The notes beneath the pieces are model-generated. The model searched no databases. It saw nothing but the letters and a program-made list of their open reading frames with translations, and was not told the origin of the DNA. A stretch of DNA of 64,000 bases from Larinioides sclopetarius. Its lineage: Eukaryota. Every line of letters begins with the position of its first letter. Positions within the stretch are counted from its first letter, which is position 1. Both the position numbers and the translations under genes were made by a program. The stretch spans positions 2,871,528-2,935,527 of the forward strand of contig CAXIEN010000102.1 of assembly GCA_964023285.1 (NCBI GenBank), written 5' to 3'. Positions 1-13,694 of this stretch are shown in pieces.

Positions 1-199
1 AACTTAAGAATGGAAATTTCCTCACCACATGGAATGCAATGGATAATGATTTACAATTCTAGCATTTAAAAGAGGCTTAATAATGCTGAAAGAATCCAGT
101 GACTGAACTTGGGCAGTCATTACAAAAGGAAGAAACTTCAATCAAACATAACTGAACAGCATAGTGTGGCAGTCAGGACAGAATCAGAAACTTGAGTCC

Positions 200-962
200 A
201 GAGTAATTACAGAAAATTTGAAAAAAAACTCTCTGGCCTTTCCCCGATTTTCCTGACATGCAATATTTCCCTAATTTATAGCTTCTGATTACATTAGTTT
301 GATGGCTTTCTCTCTACTCAGAATCACTGAATATGCACAATATATATTACTAAAAACACTCTTACCAATTAAAATGAAAAAATTATATATTTTTATGAAA
401 TTTAATTTTTTTAAAACTGAATAAATTTCCTAAAAAACAATAGATTACATTTCTTATATGCAGAAAAATACTGTAATATATACTTTGCAATACAAGTTAA
501 ATTATGTTAACAATAAAGATAATTATGATTTTTGCTCTAAACTCTTAAAAAATCGTATAAATAATTAATAATTATATATATATTAGCACATTTTATAAGA
601 GAAACTGCCAAAATATCTCTTTAAATCCTTATTCTTTTATAAATCATAAGAAATCAATTGCTCTAATCTAATCTACCTAATAATTTGATAAATAAATATT
701 AATTTTTTAAATTCCATTTATCATTATAAATTATGTTAGACATAAGGTAATAATCTATAGATACAAGTTCAATTAACAAATAATTAGTGTTTCCCTATAA
801 TACTTAAACCGAATTACCGATCAAGTACATGTTTACTGTGAAATGTTCTTATCGGCATTTTCCCTGATTATTAGATATTTTAAATGTCCCTGATTTTTTT
901 CAGATACATAAAATCCCCTGCCCTCTTCTTGAAATTCCTGATTTCCCGGTTTTGTTGTCACC
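200..962. mobile_element. MITE copy of the CAGGGTGACTACAGAA-terminus family, ends diverged
   Basis: Colinear with the full copy at 42981-43773. The left end at about 200-260 reads taattacagaaaatttgaaaaaaaa. Shared internal blocks include ttagacataag and gctcttatcggca. The right end cccggttttgttgtcacc lies at about 945-962. Confidence 0.5.
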
Positions 963-3900
963 TTTTCAACAGCCCTTTATTCAAAGGTTGAGGGAAAAAT
1001 ATAACAAATATTTTTATTTTGAATGAACTAGTTATATTCCTATGGCATTGCTTTATGGTAGGAAAAACATTGTGGGTATTTCCATTTTTTTTTACCTGTA
1101 TTAAAGCATCTCATTTAAAAATATGAGTTAAATGAAAAGATATGGAAAGCGGCAGGCTTTTGCTTTCTTACATTAAGATAATAAATAGCTACAATCTCAT
1201 GAAAACAGTTTAAAAAACCATAAAATGTGAAATATATCTTTCAAAATTCTCAGTACATTGGAAGAAAGCAAATTCTACAAATTGTTCTGGGTGCAGTGTT
1301 CCACAATGCTGACTTTTATTAAAAACAGCCTGGAAAGAGAAAATGTAAAATAAGAATAAATGCAAAAATAGTAATCGGCAATTTTGATTTTAAGGAAATG
1401 TGTAGCTATTTCAATCAAAGAAAAAAATGGAAATAATCTCAAAAATATATAATTAAACATAAAATAAGAATCAGAGTATTTAAAAAAACAGACTAAATTT
1501 CATCCAACGTTTGTTCTTTCTATACACAAGTCTAACTAAACAGTAGAGATTCCCAACCTACAGTAAACGAAGGACCAGTTGGGGGTATACTAAAGTAATG
1601 TTACTAACGACGTAAACATGAAAATGAAGGGATTAAAATTAAATAAGTTTTACAAAATTTTGTTTCCCCAAGTTTTATGTTAATGTTCAATGAGAATATG
1701 TGCAAGTTTGAAAGCATATTTTTCCAATAAGAAGAGACAATAATAGATACTTGGTTTCTATTTTATTGTCTATAGATATAGGTCTGGGTTTTATGATTAC
1801 ATTTTAAACATAATGCAGGGCATCCCAATTGTTCAATTGAAAATTTGCCCCCTTTTTATAAGTGCTGAATTTGAAGTACATATCTGTAGAATGGTATTAT
1901 TTCACTATTGTTACTTTTTGAAATAGACAAGTGGTTGAAAACTAGGACTTATAAAAATGTCAAATAGAATTGAAATTGAAACCAATACAGCAATTACAAA
2001 GATAACAGTGAATCAGTCTGGTGATGATCGTGAGCAAATGCAAAGAGACTATTACAGCATTTTTAAGTAAGAAATAAAACTAATATTTAAAAGAATAAAT
2101 TAAAACACAAGTGTGCCTCTGAAGAAGAGAAAAAATTCTAATGAACACTGAAAATAAGGATTTTTTAATATGGGAAATCAAGTTTGACCCAACTCCTGTG
2201 CATTGTTTGCAGATAATATAATATATATATGTAAAATAATAGTATGTAATCATCTTCACTAATGCTCCATTTAGAGAAAAAAAGTAAAACTTATAAACAA
2301 AGACTTCTTCCAACGACTATTAAACAACTCCAATTTAACTTCTTATTTGATATCCAAAAACAAAGCAAACAAGAATGTAATTGGAGCATTATAAAAAATT
2401 AACTTTTCATATTGCCAAAAATGGGAAAAAAAAACATTCAATATCACTAAAAGTTAGATATTTCATCGAACATGTCTAAAAATTTAAAAATATTCCCTTT
2501 TATATAACACACTTTTTGAAGAACTAAAGATAGAATTGTCAACATTAAGACTACCATAACTGAATTTTATTTTTTAAAGCCCTTTCTTTCAATACTAGTA
2601 GATGAAGACACTGATGTTTCCAGTTTTCAATTAGGCTTGTTACTGCAAATAATTAAGCAAGTGCATTAAACATTAACCCGGACTTGCAGAGGATAATACA
2701 ATAAATATTTTATTGCATTATCCTCTAATTTTGTGAAAGTACTGGAAGCGAACAAATTTAATGCCATTTGGAATTACTATTGTGAAAACAAAATTGGTCC
2801 ACGTGTTGTGTTGCTTGCAAAAATGCCAAAAAAACTATGGTTAGTAGTAAAGCAGAACTCCACTAATCCAAACTAATTGGGACAGTATGTTTGGATTACA
2901 AAAAAATTCTGATTACCAGAAACTTTATTAAAATAGAAAAGAAAAGGATTTTTGCAAAAAAAAATGTAAAAGTTATAAGTCTCTGTACTATTATCTCTTA
3001 AATTATTTTATTAAAAAGCAATAGAAAGAGAATGTGTATTTTCTTTTCATTAGAATAATGTATGAGATTTGGTATAAAGTGGCCTTATCTCATCAAATTC
3101 AATAAGAAAATATTCTTTCTGTCATTCTGAAGTACTTTGGTATATAGAACAGAGTGAAAATGTGACATCAAGAAACATTATACTTTAGATTTTGGCATAA
3201 TGTTTTTGTTAGATGTTGTTTCAAGTCGAGAATAGCATCACTTCATCAAAAAAATTTCAACAGACCCAAAGGTCTTTAATGTAAATATGTAAGTAATGTG
3301 TTTGTGATAGTTGAGTTATTGCATTAGTTTCCTCAATGTATACAAAATTATGATTGCTTAAAAAGTACTTCTTTGTTTTAATATATTTAAATCTTTTCAA
3401 GTAATCTTTTCAACTATAATTTTTTTATTTCTTTTTGGGTTAACTGTAATTTTGGATTAGTGGGGTTCAACTGTTTTATAATATGTCAGTTATTAAATTG
3501 TTTAGGATACACTAGAGATACCCGACACTATATAATTTTCTGAGAATGGTAATTGCTCACATGGTCTAATGAAGGGGATTTTGATTCCAATTTAGAAAGC
3601 TATCATAATGGTGGTAGATGATTATGATTTGGAGCTCTAAAACTAAATTTAAAAAATTTCAGTCAATTAAAACTACGTTCAAAACGAGAATATTGAAAAG
3701 GACAATCCTGCCTTTGAGAAATGAGTGCCAGAATGAAATGTACATACAAGATAGATACATTGAATAAGAGTCCTACAAAACTACCTTATTTATTAAGGAT
3801 CTTTGTACACTGAAGAAGGAGTACAATTTTTTATTTAAGGATCCTATGAATGAATCTGCAGAAAATCAAAGTTCTTTATTTGCTGATAAAAAACTGTTGG

Positions 3901-6399
3901 TAATTTAACCATATTCAAAATGAGTGCTATGTTACTCTTTAACTGTTAATGTGCAAGAGGGGAAAAAGTCTTGGTAAATTTGTTGGAAACAAGCAAATGA
4001 AACTGAGAAAGAAAGACAATATGTACATCTATATAGATAAATATAACACAGTCTGGTGGAATGAAAACTTTCAAATATAACTACAATGGTGTAGCATGGG
4101 TTCCTATATCACATATTATAACAATACTACAATTCTAACTTTAAATAACAGAAGTATCAACTTTGATAGGGATATCTTACTAATAATGTACTATGTTATG
4201 ATATTTAATAATACACAATGTTTAAAATTCATAAGATGTCTCTGCGGCATATCATTTTTTACATTTAAATGAAATGAGTTTGATATATATATTATTGTGA
4301 ATAATTATTTTACCTTGAAAAGTGCTCATTTGTGAAAATAAAACCCAAAAAATTTTATGAGTACTAAAGCACAGTATTTAAATAAATTTATGTCAAATAC
4401 TATTGACTTTTTTTATCCCCTCTGTAAAATTTAAATTTAGTTATTGCCATTAAATTAAATTATTTTGATTCCAGGTCAATCAACTATGCATTTCTCAATT
4501 AGATATTCTCCCACAATTTTTTGCTTTAGAACATTTCGAATTTTTTGGAATAAAATATCTGTGTGATGCTTTGTGCCTTTGTTATGCTTGGAACTCTCCC
4601 TCGTGTAAGGTTGGAAGAATTTACTTATAGGATCATATCAAACGAGTCACTCTTTTAGTAGCATAAGTTCTATCCACAGACAAATTTTAGTTGCCAAACT
4701 CTTGTCAGATTCATTGAAAAAAGTATTTAATCAAATTCTTAAATTTCATTAAACCTAATTTAACTAATAAGTGACTGCTCAAAACTTTTTGTGAAACTCA
4801 CATATTACTTTACTTTTGCACATAGAAATGAGATGGATATTATGAAGAAAATTTCTCACAAGATTGCCGATACACAAAGTTCAAATGAATTTTGAAGGCC
4901 ACCTTTTTACATTGAGCTCTAAATTTTAGGAATGCAAATTACTGCTGGAATCCACATACTTATCTTGCATTTTTTCAGAAATATATAAATTTAATTTAAA
5001 AGATTTCAAAACAGTCATATAACTATCTTCAAAGTGATTGACAAAATTTATTTAAAAAAACAGTATAGCAGGTTTAAAAAGAAATCAGAGAACAAAATAA
5101 GTTTATACCAATAAATTTGGACACTAAATGCTACAGCAGTGTATAGATTTTAAAAGCATTCAATGAAATGCTTTTTCAAGAAGCCCGCTGGAATAGCATT
5201 CTGCACTATTCTTTCTTAACAAAAAAAAATTGTAAAATTCAAGAATTTTTTTTAACAATGCAGTTTTTTCCAATCTTTACCCTCCAAAATATGAAAAATA
5301 TTTAAACTTATGAAAATAAGAAAGTGGCCAGTGGTTGGCAGGAAGGGATAAAAAGCATTTTAAGATCACAAACATTTAATTGTATTTTTTGTTTCAATTT
5401 CTGAAAACCTCGTGATATTTTCCAAATTATTTATCAGTCTCATGATTTTATAATTTATTTACCCAATTATTATTTAATTTTAGTAATAACTTGGAATCAA
5501 TATAATTCTTTAAAAAATTATTCTTAAACATCTTCATGATATTCACATTTTTAGTACAGTACAAATTGTGTTAATATTTGATTTTAAAAATAAAAGTGTT
5601 GACATTTTATAAATCTGCAACTTCAATACTAAGATTAAATAATTATAGATTTCAAATGCTAAAATATGTTAATATGAAGTAATCTCTTGCTCCAATATCA
5701 ACATTTTGCCCTTTCCCCCAACAATATCACCAGGTAAGAGTGTTCTGGCACTGTTTAATTTACAACTACATCACTCATTTAAACCCAATTTCTACAAAAT
5801 TTAAGCTCCATGAGATGAGCTCAAGAATCTCTTTGAAATTGTATTCCACTTGAATAACTGATTACTATGAATAATAATTAAAAGCATTTATCAAAAATAA
5901 ATGTTAAAATATTTCAATACTGGTTTCATTTGTTTTGGCAATGAATAAAACCTATTGTAAAATTAGAATAAAACATAGAATAAATTCTAAAATTGTATTA
6001 ATTGACTTTTAAAATAAGCCAAGCCCTTAACATTAATAAAAACTTCTTTGTATGGGAATGGGATATAGAAAAATAGGCAGGCAAAAAAAAGCATTATCCA
6101 AGTATGCAAGAGCAAAAAGGTTGGAAATCACTGACTTTAGTTTTTGAGAAGATAACATTAGAAAACATACCAAAGATTTGTTATGTAAAAACATTTTATG
6201 GATAAATCTATTGGTAAAAATATACATAATCTAAGTTTTAAAATGGATACCTTAATTGCATTGTTAACCAATTTTGGTGGTTTATTTCATGGAGTACAGT
6301 TGTCGATGAGAAAAAGAGTTTCTCCTCTTCTTCTTCAGTACTGTTTTGAAATCTATCAACTAATCATTAAAATTTGCTTGAGTCTTCCATGATTTTTTG

Positions 6400-7330
6400 A
6401 TGGATTTATAGCATAGCGATGTTGGCAATCCATGGCATTGATATAGAGGTTTTGAAACAATGAAGTTTTTGGATATGCCAAAGTAACCTTTCCTTTCGCT
6501 ATTTCCGAATTGTTACAACAGAACAGAATGTTAATGCATATGCGTTGGTTGGAAACTTTACCTCTTACACTCTTGTCTCCCTTGGTTCAAGTTGAAAAAA
6601 CACTCCAGCTTTATCCGCATTAACCACATCATTCAGTCTTACTTCTTGATGAATGCTGCCATTTTTTCATGACATTGATTAACATCTCATTAACACCTCA
6701 CTCGTCTAACCAGAAATGCCTTTGACCGCCATACCATATCGCGCTCGGAAACAATTTAACACTTTCTTGAAAATTCTCAGAAATTATAAGGCTTTTTCTC
6801 AAATTAAAGGTCGATCAGAGGAACGTTTCTGAACGAACATCTCAAAACCATTTAAAAGCACTGTATCAGCATCTTCAAATTGCACCTTGCATATCCTTTT
6901 TCTGCTTGCACCAAGAACAGAAGTCTGCAGTTATTTCAAAATGCCTTCTCAATCCTTCAAAAAATATGACAATAATGACGGAGATATGCCATAATTTTTT
7001 ACCACTTCACTTATCTTCAATCCTTTATCTACTTTAGAAATAATGTTTTCCTTTTCTTCCAATGAAAATTGTAGGAGCAATCATGTACTAAGATAACGAG
7101 CGTAAAATACGAAATGTTTAGAAAAATTTCTAAAAGATGTTCATCTGAGTTAAACAGAGAATATGAATCTCTACGAGAATCTAACATAACGGGTTTTGGC
7201 CAATTAGCTCATAGGATAGTGCCACGTCATCGACTGGCGCGGAATTTCTATAGTGTGTTGGTTGGCCAAAACTTCTACAATGGAATTTATTGAAGAAGAA
7301 GCTGTGTGCTTGTTATTAGTTGAGTGAACT
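6400..7330 (-). pseudogene. degraded pogo/Tigger-like (CENP-B-type) transposase remnant
   Basis: Minus-strand translation gives LNDVVNADKAGVFFQLEP, matching the pogo DDE motif NADETGLF. A further piece ERDMVWRSKAFLV resembles the RFKxRHG helix-turn-helix region. The frame is broken by stops and frameshifts, and no terminal inverted repeats were found. Confidence 0.4.
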
Positions 7331-10300
7331 ATGAAAGAAAATATATTTTTTAACATAAATATTTCGTTGTATCGAAATCTTCAAAAATCGATGATTTCTT
7401 TATATTGATATTCATTTAACATTGGTTTAACTGCTCTTCAGATGGGGAATTCTATGGCTTTTGTAATAACGGGATTTTTCGTTGTATTGGTATTTGTTAT
7501 AATGGGAACTTACTGTATTATATTTTTCAATGGTTGTACAATCTAATAGAAACTTTTCAAAAAATAAATTTGTCTATTATATTTACAAAAATTATCTTTT
7601 GTTCTATCTTTCTACACAGAATTTTTTTTTAAATTACTTGATCTCAAATATTTTAAAGTTCATTTCAACCAAAATAATTGCTTCTTAAAGCAAAATTTTT
7701 TTTAAAAATAGATTTAATTTATATTAAGAACATGGTCAAATTCTGAGTTCGGAAATAAAGTCAGATCGTTGTATCGATTAAGTAAATTAATGTTCTGTGG
7801 CATCAAAAATTCTTTAAATATATATTTCTCAATGGTTGTACAATCTAATAGAAACTTTTCAAAAAATAAATACAACAATGTTATCTCATTTGAACTTTGA
7901 AATTAACAGTTACTGGGTATAAATAGTAATAGATATATAATAATGAAATTAGTAGCAAAATGCTGACACTCAAATCTGAAAACATAATTTAACAAATAGC
8001 TGATTATATTTCAAAAATTTGCTGGAAAATGCTACAGAAAGATTTTTACGTGATATAGACAACAAGAATACTTGATATATTCTTATTTGCACAATTAATA
8101 TAATTTTAAAATAAATTTTGAAGATGGAAAGAATTACAGATTTGCAATATGGTGGGCTTGTAAAAAATATAGCCACACATTTCTAGAAAACCATGGTAGG
8201 AAAAAAATATAATTTTACTTACATATATGCAAAATTTTTCATCAGGTGATAGAGAATTTCGACTCATATTCATTCTATGATAAGGCTGAAAATACATATA
8301 TATTAACATAATTTTTTTTTAAGACTCCATATTATTGGCATTGTACTGCACAAAAATTTATTTAAACCTTATTCAAGCACAAATTATCTCTATTTCGCAA
8401 AAGGTTTCAAAACATTTTTATCATACATACTATTTCATTGAAAATAACATAGTCACTTGCCAATACTGGAAGCTAAAAAGTTACATATTTGTTTTTCCAC
8501 TAATACAAGAAGGAATTTTTTTGAAGCAGAAATTTTCTATGAATTCATCACATCTGACTTTGAATTCAATAAATAAACATTTAAAATCTTCTTTATGCAA
8601 AACTTAAAATTTGAACTATGAGCAGCTTTCCCTTATACATTACAAAAATGTTGACAAGTAAAGTATGTATCTCGACTTATATGTAAAGAAGCAGAAAACT
8701 AAAATTTAAAAAGAGAATTCTGTATTCTGAGGGTTATTTAACCCTTTCTAAGCATCTGGGAAGAACAATTGACCATTAATATATAGACTGTAAGCATGTC
8801 CATTCAAAGAAAGATCAGTTAAGAGTCATGAAATGTCTTAGAACAGCTTCAGTAATTTATTATAGGCCAGTTTTTATCTTTAGATTAAATTAATTCTAGT
8901 ATGCCAACAGAAAAATGTTTTCATGAAAATACTCTTTCCTAATGACATGAAATTGTGAACATCCATATATCAAGTGTTTAACAGTTCCCTAGTCCAAGCA
9001 ATATTAGAGGATTTCCCAAAAAGTTTAAGTTATAAGTTTTTTTTTTAAGTCTCCAGATTGTAACTATGGTTTGAACCCGGAAACAGTCAGAGACTTGATA
9101 TATGGTGCCAAAATTTTTGTGCCATTAGGAAGAAAAAAAGATTTTAAAAAATAAGAAAAGATACTTACCAAATTCAATGTATCAGACCAGAGATACATTG
9201 GAGTCTGCTTAAAACTGCAAAGATGTTTCTGAAGAGTAATTGATGACTTGTAAACAGAAATACTACAATTAAACAAGCACTTAAAATCTTGAGTAGCATT
9301 TAAAAAGAAATAAATAAAATCATGATCCAAGTCATAGGTAATTGTGAACGGACTGCCTCCAAGCGACTGTCCAACAGTGACATCTAGATATTAAAAAGGA
9401 ATTTCAATAAATACAATGATTACAACAATAGTAATAGAGAAAAGAACGTGCATGATTTTGCATATTTATATTGTTTCATTTCATTTAAAGAGACAAAAAG
9501 AAAAACAATAATTGTCAAATATTATCCATCAAAAGAGCCTATTTTAACATCATCCAGTTCCATACAAGAAAAATTTACATCTTCCTTGCCTCACATTTTT
9601 TATTTATGCTATTACAGAATTTAGATTAATAGATATAATAAGTTTACAAAACACTTTTATTTATAATACTAAATCAAATTTTATTTTATAGTTCAGAAAT
9701 ACCCTGATTTGTATCTCTCTCAAGAACAGTATCTTTCTTTTATTAAAAATCAACTGAGAAGTTGGTTTCAGATAAGAGACTTTACATAAGAAAGCAAAAA
9801 ATACAGGCAATACACTTGTTCATTAGATTTTCTCAAAATTGTTAATAAACAAGAAAAACAAAAAATTTTTAAAGAACTTACTACTTAAAGAATAATTCAT
9901 AGCTTGAACTGAAATCAATTCACCAGTTTCATAATGGACATAAAAGTAAAATAACATGGGTCTCTTTGTTGGTATACTGAAGCAAGGAAACAAGATGTCC
10001 TAGAGATGAATTATTAATATATAGTGGAAAAAATCAGATGTCTTAATTAGAAAACAATTACAAAAACCATTAATTTAACCAACCATGACAAAATTGTTCA
10101 AATTTTAATCCTTAATCATTCCAGTTTTAATCTTAAATTTTTAATTAAGCTTACAATACATGTTTGCTGATTTTATTATCATGTTAGAATAAACAAATTC
10201 ATTAAAGTTATTAGAATTTAGATCAAAGTAGACTCATAAGTTAAATTATAGCAATTGAGAAGTTAGAAATATCAGCAAAATATCAAAAAGTGCTGGAATA

Positions 10301-10940
10301 CATATTTTCTTAAAAGAGTTATAAAATATATAAGTTAAGAGTTATAAAATGTATTTAAAAAATAAAGTATAGCAGGTATTGCCCACTTAAAAAATATAAT
10401 TGTTGCTTAACAAGCATTTCTTTGATTTGTCTTTCTGAATTTAGAAGAATTTTTCCTTCCTTTCTTATTGAATTGTTCATTTTTCCTGTGTTGCTGTACT
10501 AGATAAACATCAAGAAGTCATAGAACTTCTTGCAACTTTTGGCATTTCTGCTTAAAATTCTTGTAAAGACATTTTCTTAATATAATAAATCCATCTCCTT
10601 CTCATAGGTCTCAATAAGTTTTAAAACCATATGAATGAGTACATTCTATTAAGTAACAGATATAGAATTAAAACTACAATTCTTATTGCAAAAATTTAGT
10701 TATTGATTGGTCATTTATAAAATCTTAAAAAATCCCAGTCGGCAAGCCAGAATGCAAATGTAGATTCCTTTTGATTGGAGACATTAAGAAAAGTACAATA
10801 CATGCTCTAATTTCATTACGGTTAGAGTTACAAAAATAAAAGTTGATGCAAGAGACTGCAAATAACAAGAGCTTAAAAACAAGGTGTTACATACATTGGT
10901 TGAATTTCAATTTTAATTTTAGGAGGGCTCATAACTTCTA

Positions 10941-13494
10941 CAGGGTTCCCACTCATATCCTGCACCAAAATTTAAGGCCTTTTTAGGGGTTTTCGAAGGC
11001 TACTCTCGCTATTTTTAAGGCAGTTCGTGTAACAAAAATATGATGTACTATTAGCAACTAATTTTAACAAATCTGTCACAAAAAAAATGTTGAACACGAA
11101 ATTTCAAAACAAAACAAAATCAACAATAAAGGAAACTACATAAGTTAACAATTCAAAAAGTTTTTGATAATAAATAATATTTTAAAAGAATTGATATTAT
11201 TCTTGTTTTAATCACCTATTGTACTCTTAATAACAAAAAGAGTACAAAAATTTAAACTTTTCTTTCTCAGGGCATAGAAAACTTTATGTTTGAATACACA
11301 AAAATGCACCAAAAACAGAGAACATCATTACAAGAGTGGAAAATTAGTGTTAATTTAACTCAACATAACAGAGCCTTGGAACTTCATAAATAATGAATTG
11401 GACCAATCCTAAATATCAAGAAGTTAAATATTTGATTAAATGAAGAATAAAATAAATAAATTAAATAAGAAGCATTTGAGATATTAAAAATATTGTAGAA
11501 TTATTAAATTACAGAAAATTACATGGCTGGATTTAGTTCTTGAAGGACTCTATGCAAATTAAAAAACTACAGCCTTACACCAACAACCTGTTATAAAGGC
11601 ATCTAAGGAAAAACAGCATATGGTTTTTTTCACATTTCTTGGTAAATGTCCAAAAAGCAAAATTTTTATACTGTAACTGATATAGGTATTTATAATAATT
11701 TTTCAAAAACTATTTCATTAAAAAAAAAACAGTTAACAAGAATATACATAATTGAGGCAAATTTTTTAACCAATTTTTAGTTAAAAGAATTCTCTAATTC
11801 AGAAACAACGGAGCTTTTACTCAGTTTATATTGATTTTATAATATTATGAGATCTGACAATCTTGTTTCAGGTGTTATTGTTTGCAAATAGTTCTAGACT
11901 ACTTTTAGTTTTCCCAAACTACATCCCTTGGATACAATACCTCTTGGAAGAGTTAGTAAAATATTTAAAGCACTTACAAACTTTGTGCAATGTATTGAGC
12001 AGAATTAATTTCAAAACTTTTAAAAATCCTAAATCTATCTTAAGAAAACAGGTATGGATATTTCATCACAAAATTTTACTCTTGTTGTATCCAATGGTTC
12101 TCTTATCTGTTATAAAGATTTCCAAATTTTGACTTTTTCCGAATGGATTTTTTTCACTGCAATCGGACAAAATTGAAAAATGTTTAATAACATTTTAAGT
12201 GGTATAAAAAAAAATTCTGTCCTTCCAGACTTTTAACACAAGGACAAAAATTTTATATAATATTGAGTAATAAAAAGTCTACTTCAAAAATTAAAAAAAA
12301 AATACTTTAAGCTGCTTGGCTTCTCTCTTAGGCCATCACTATAACAAATTTCATATCTCACAGCAATTTCTATGTTGCTCTGCAACCAGGAAATCACCTT
12401 ATATATTATATATATGATGAATATTAATTATCTCCATGAATATTAATTATTTGTCTTGCATTATAATATTTATATCTCTTATAGGTAAGTCTGTTTAACA
12501 GTTTTTCTTTATATGTCAATTAGGAGTGTAATGCTTTTCATTATTAGATTAAACACTATAAATTAAAGAAACTAAGTTTTTTAGAATAAAATATTTTTTT
12601 AACTAAAAGTAAACATTAAAGTAAAACAAAAAGTAAGTAAAGAAAAAAGTAAAGTGAACATTTAAACATATCAATGAATAAATGCTAAGAAATATAAATG
12701 TAGAGAAATATTTTATATTGCAATACAGCAGAAGTTCTAATTTAGTCCCATGAAACTATCTAATAAAGCAACTGGAGAAGGAAAAAAGTATAAGAAAAAA
12801 AAAGCTAAACAAAGCTCTATATATATATTAATTACTGTAAAATAATACCTTTACAATTTCATCATTAGTACATAAAATTAGATTGTTTTATTATTTTTAG
12901 AATCTTTTCAGAAAATTCTCTAATCATTCAGGAATTCTTTACAATTTTTCTCATTTTATTGAGGTAATTTTGTACTTTAATTTTTTTACTCCTTGCTGAT
13001 AAATGGAGTGATCATATGGACATGAAAAGTTAAAATTTGATATCAAAAAAGGGAAAACCTGCAGATTTGGGTCATGTCTGTTCAACTTCTTAAAGCATCA
13101 AATGGTCAGGCCTGAGGCGATAGGGGAGACTGGATGATGGTCCAAATGGGGGAAGAAGTTCTAGAATTTTTGCTTTAATTCAGATCTTCTGACAGTGAAT
13201 AGCTTGAGGCAGTAGAGGAGACTGGAATGAGGGTTTGGAAGTAGAGGAATATCTCTTTTCTGTACAATCCAAAGCAAGGATGTGCCTCTTAACTCTGCAG
13301 TGCAAAATCAGAAAGCATTCAGTCTTCACTTTCCTAAATTTTGGCACCGAGAGCATTAAGTGAGGTAAAAATTAAGGCCTCGTATTAGAAAAAGGGTTGT
13401 TTTAGGGCCTTGAAACAAATATTATGGCCTTTTTAGGGGCTCCTAAAAGGATTTTGATATTTAGGGGCTTTTTTAAGGCTTGTGGGAACCCTGT
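10941..13494. mobile_element. non-autonomous DNA transposon with CAGGGTTCCCAC termini and 5-bp TSD TTCTA
   Basis: Left end cagggttcccac starts at 10941 and right end gtgggaaccctg ends at 13494, a perfect 12-bp terminal inverted repeat. Both ends are flanked by ttcta. There is no long ORF. Internal ggcctttttagggg sub-repeats occur near both ends. Confidence 0.65.
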
Positions 13495-13694
13495 TCTAAA
13501 CAATTGCAACTATTGAGAAAGTTAAATTGGAAAAATTGTTCGTTATAATAAGACACTAATTTTTCTGATACAAATGTTCTTTCTATTTTCAGCAGTAAAA
13601 GAATTATGAGAAAATGAAAACTTTCACCTGCCACCCATTTCCATCCCTTTTGAGCTGAACAGCCCATATTTTAATTCAACTGAGATTTTCACTA

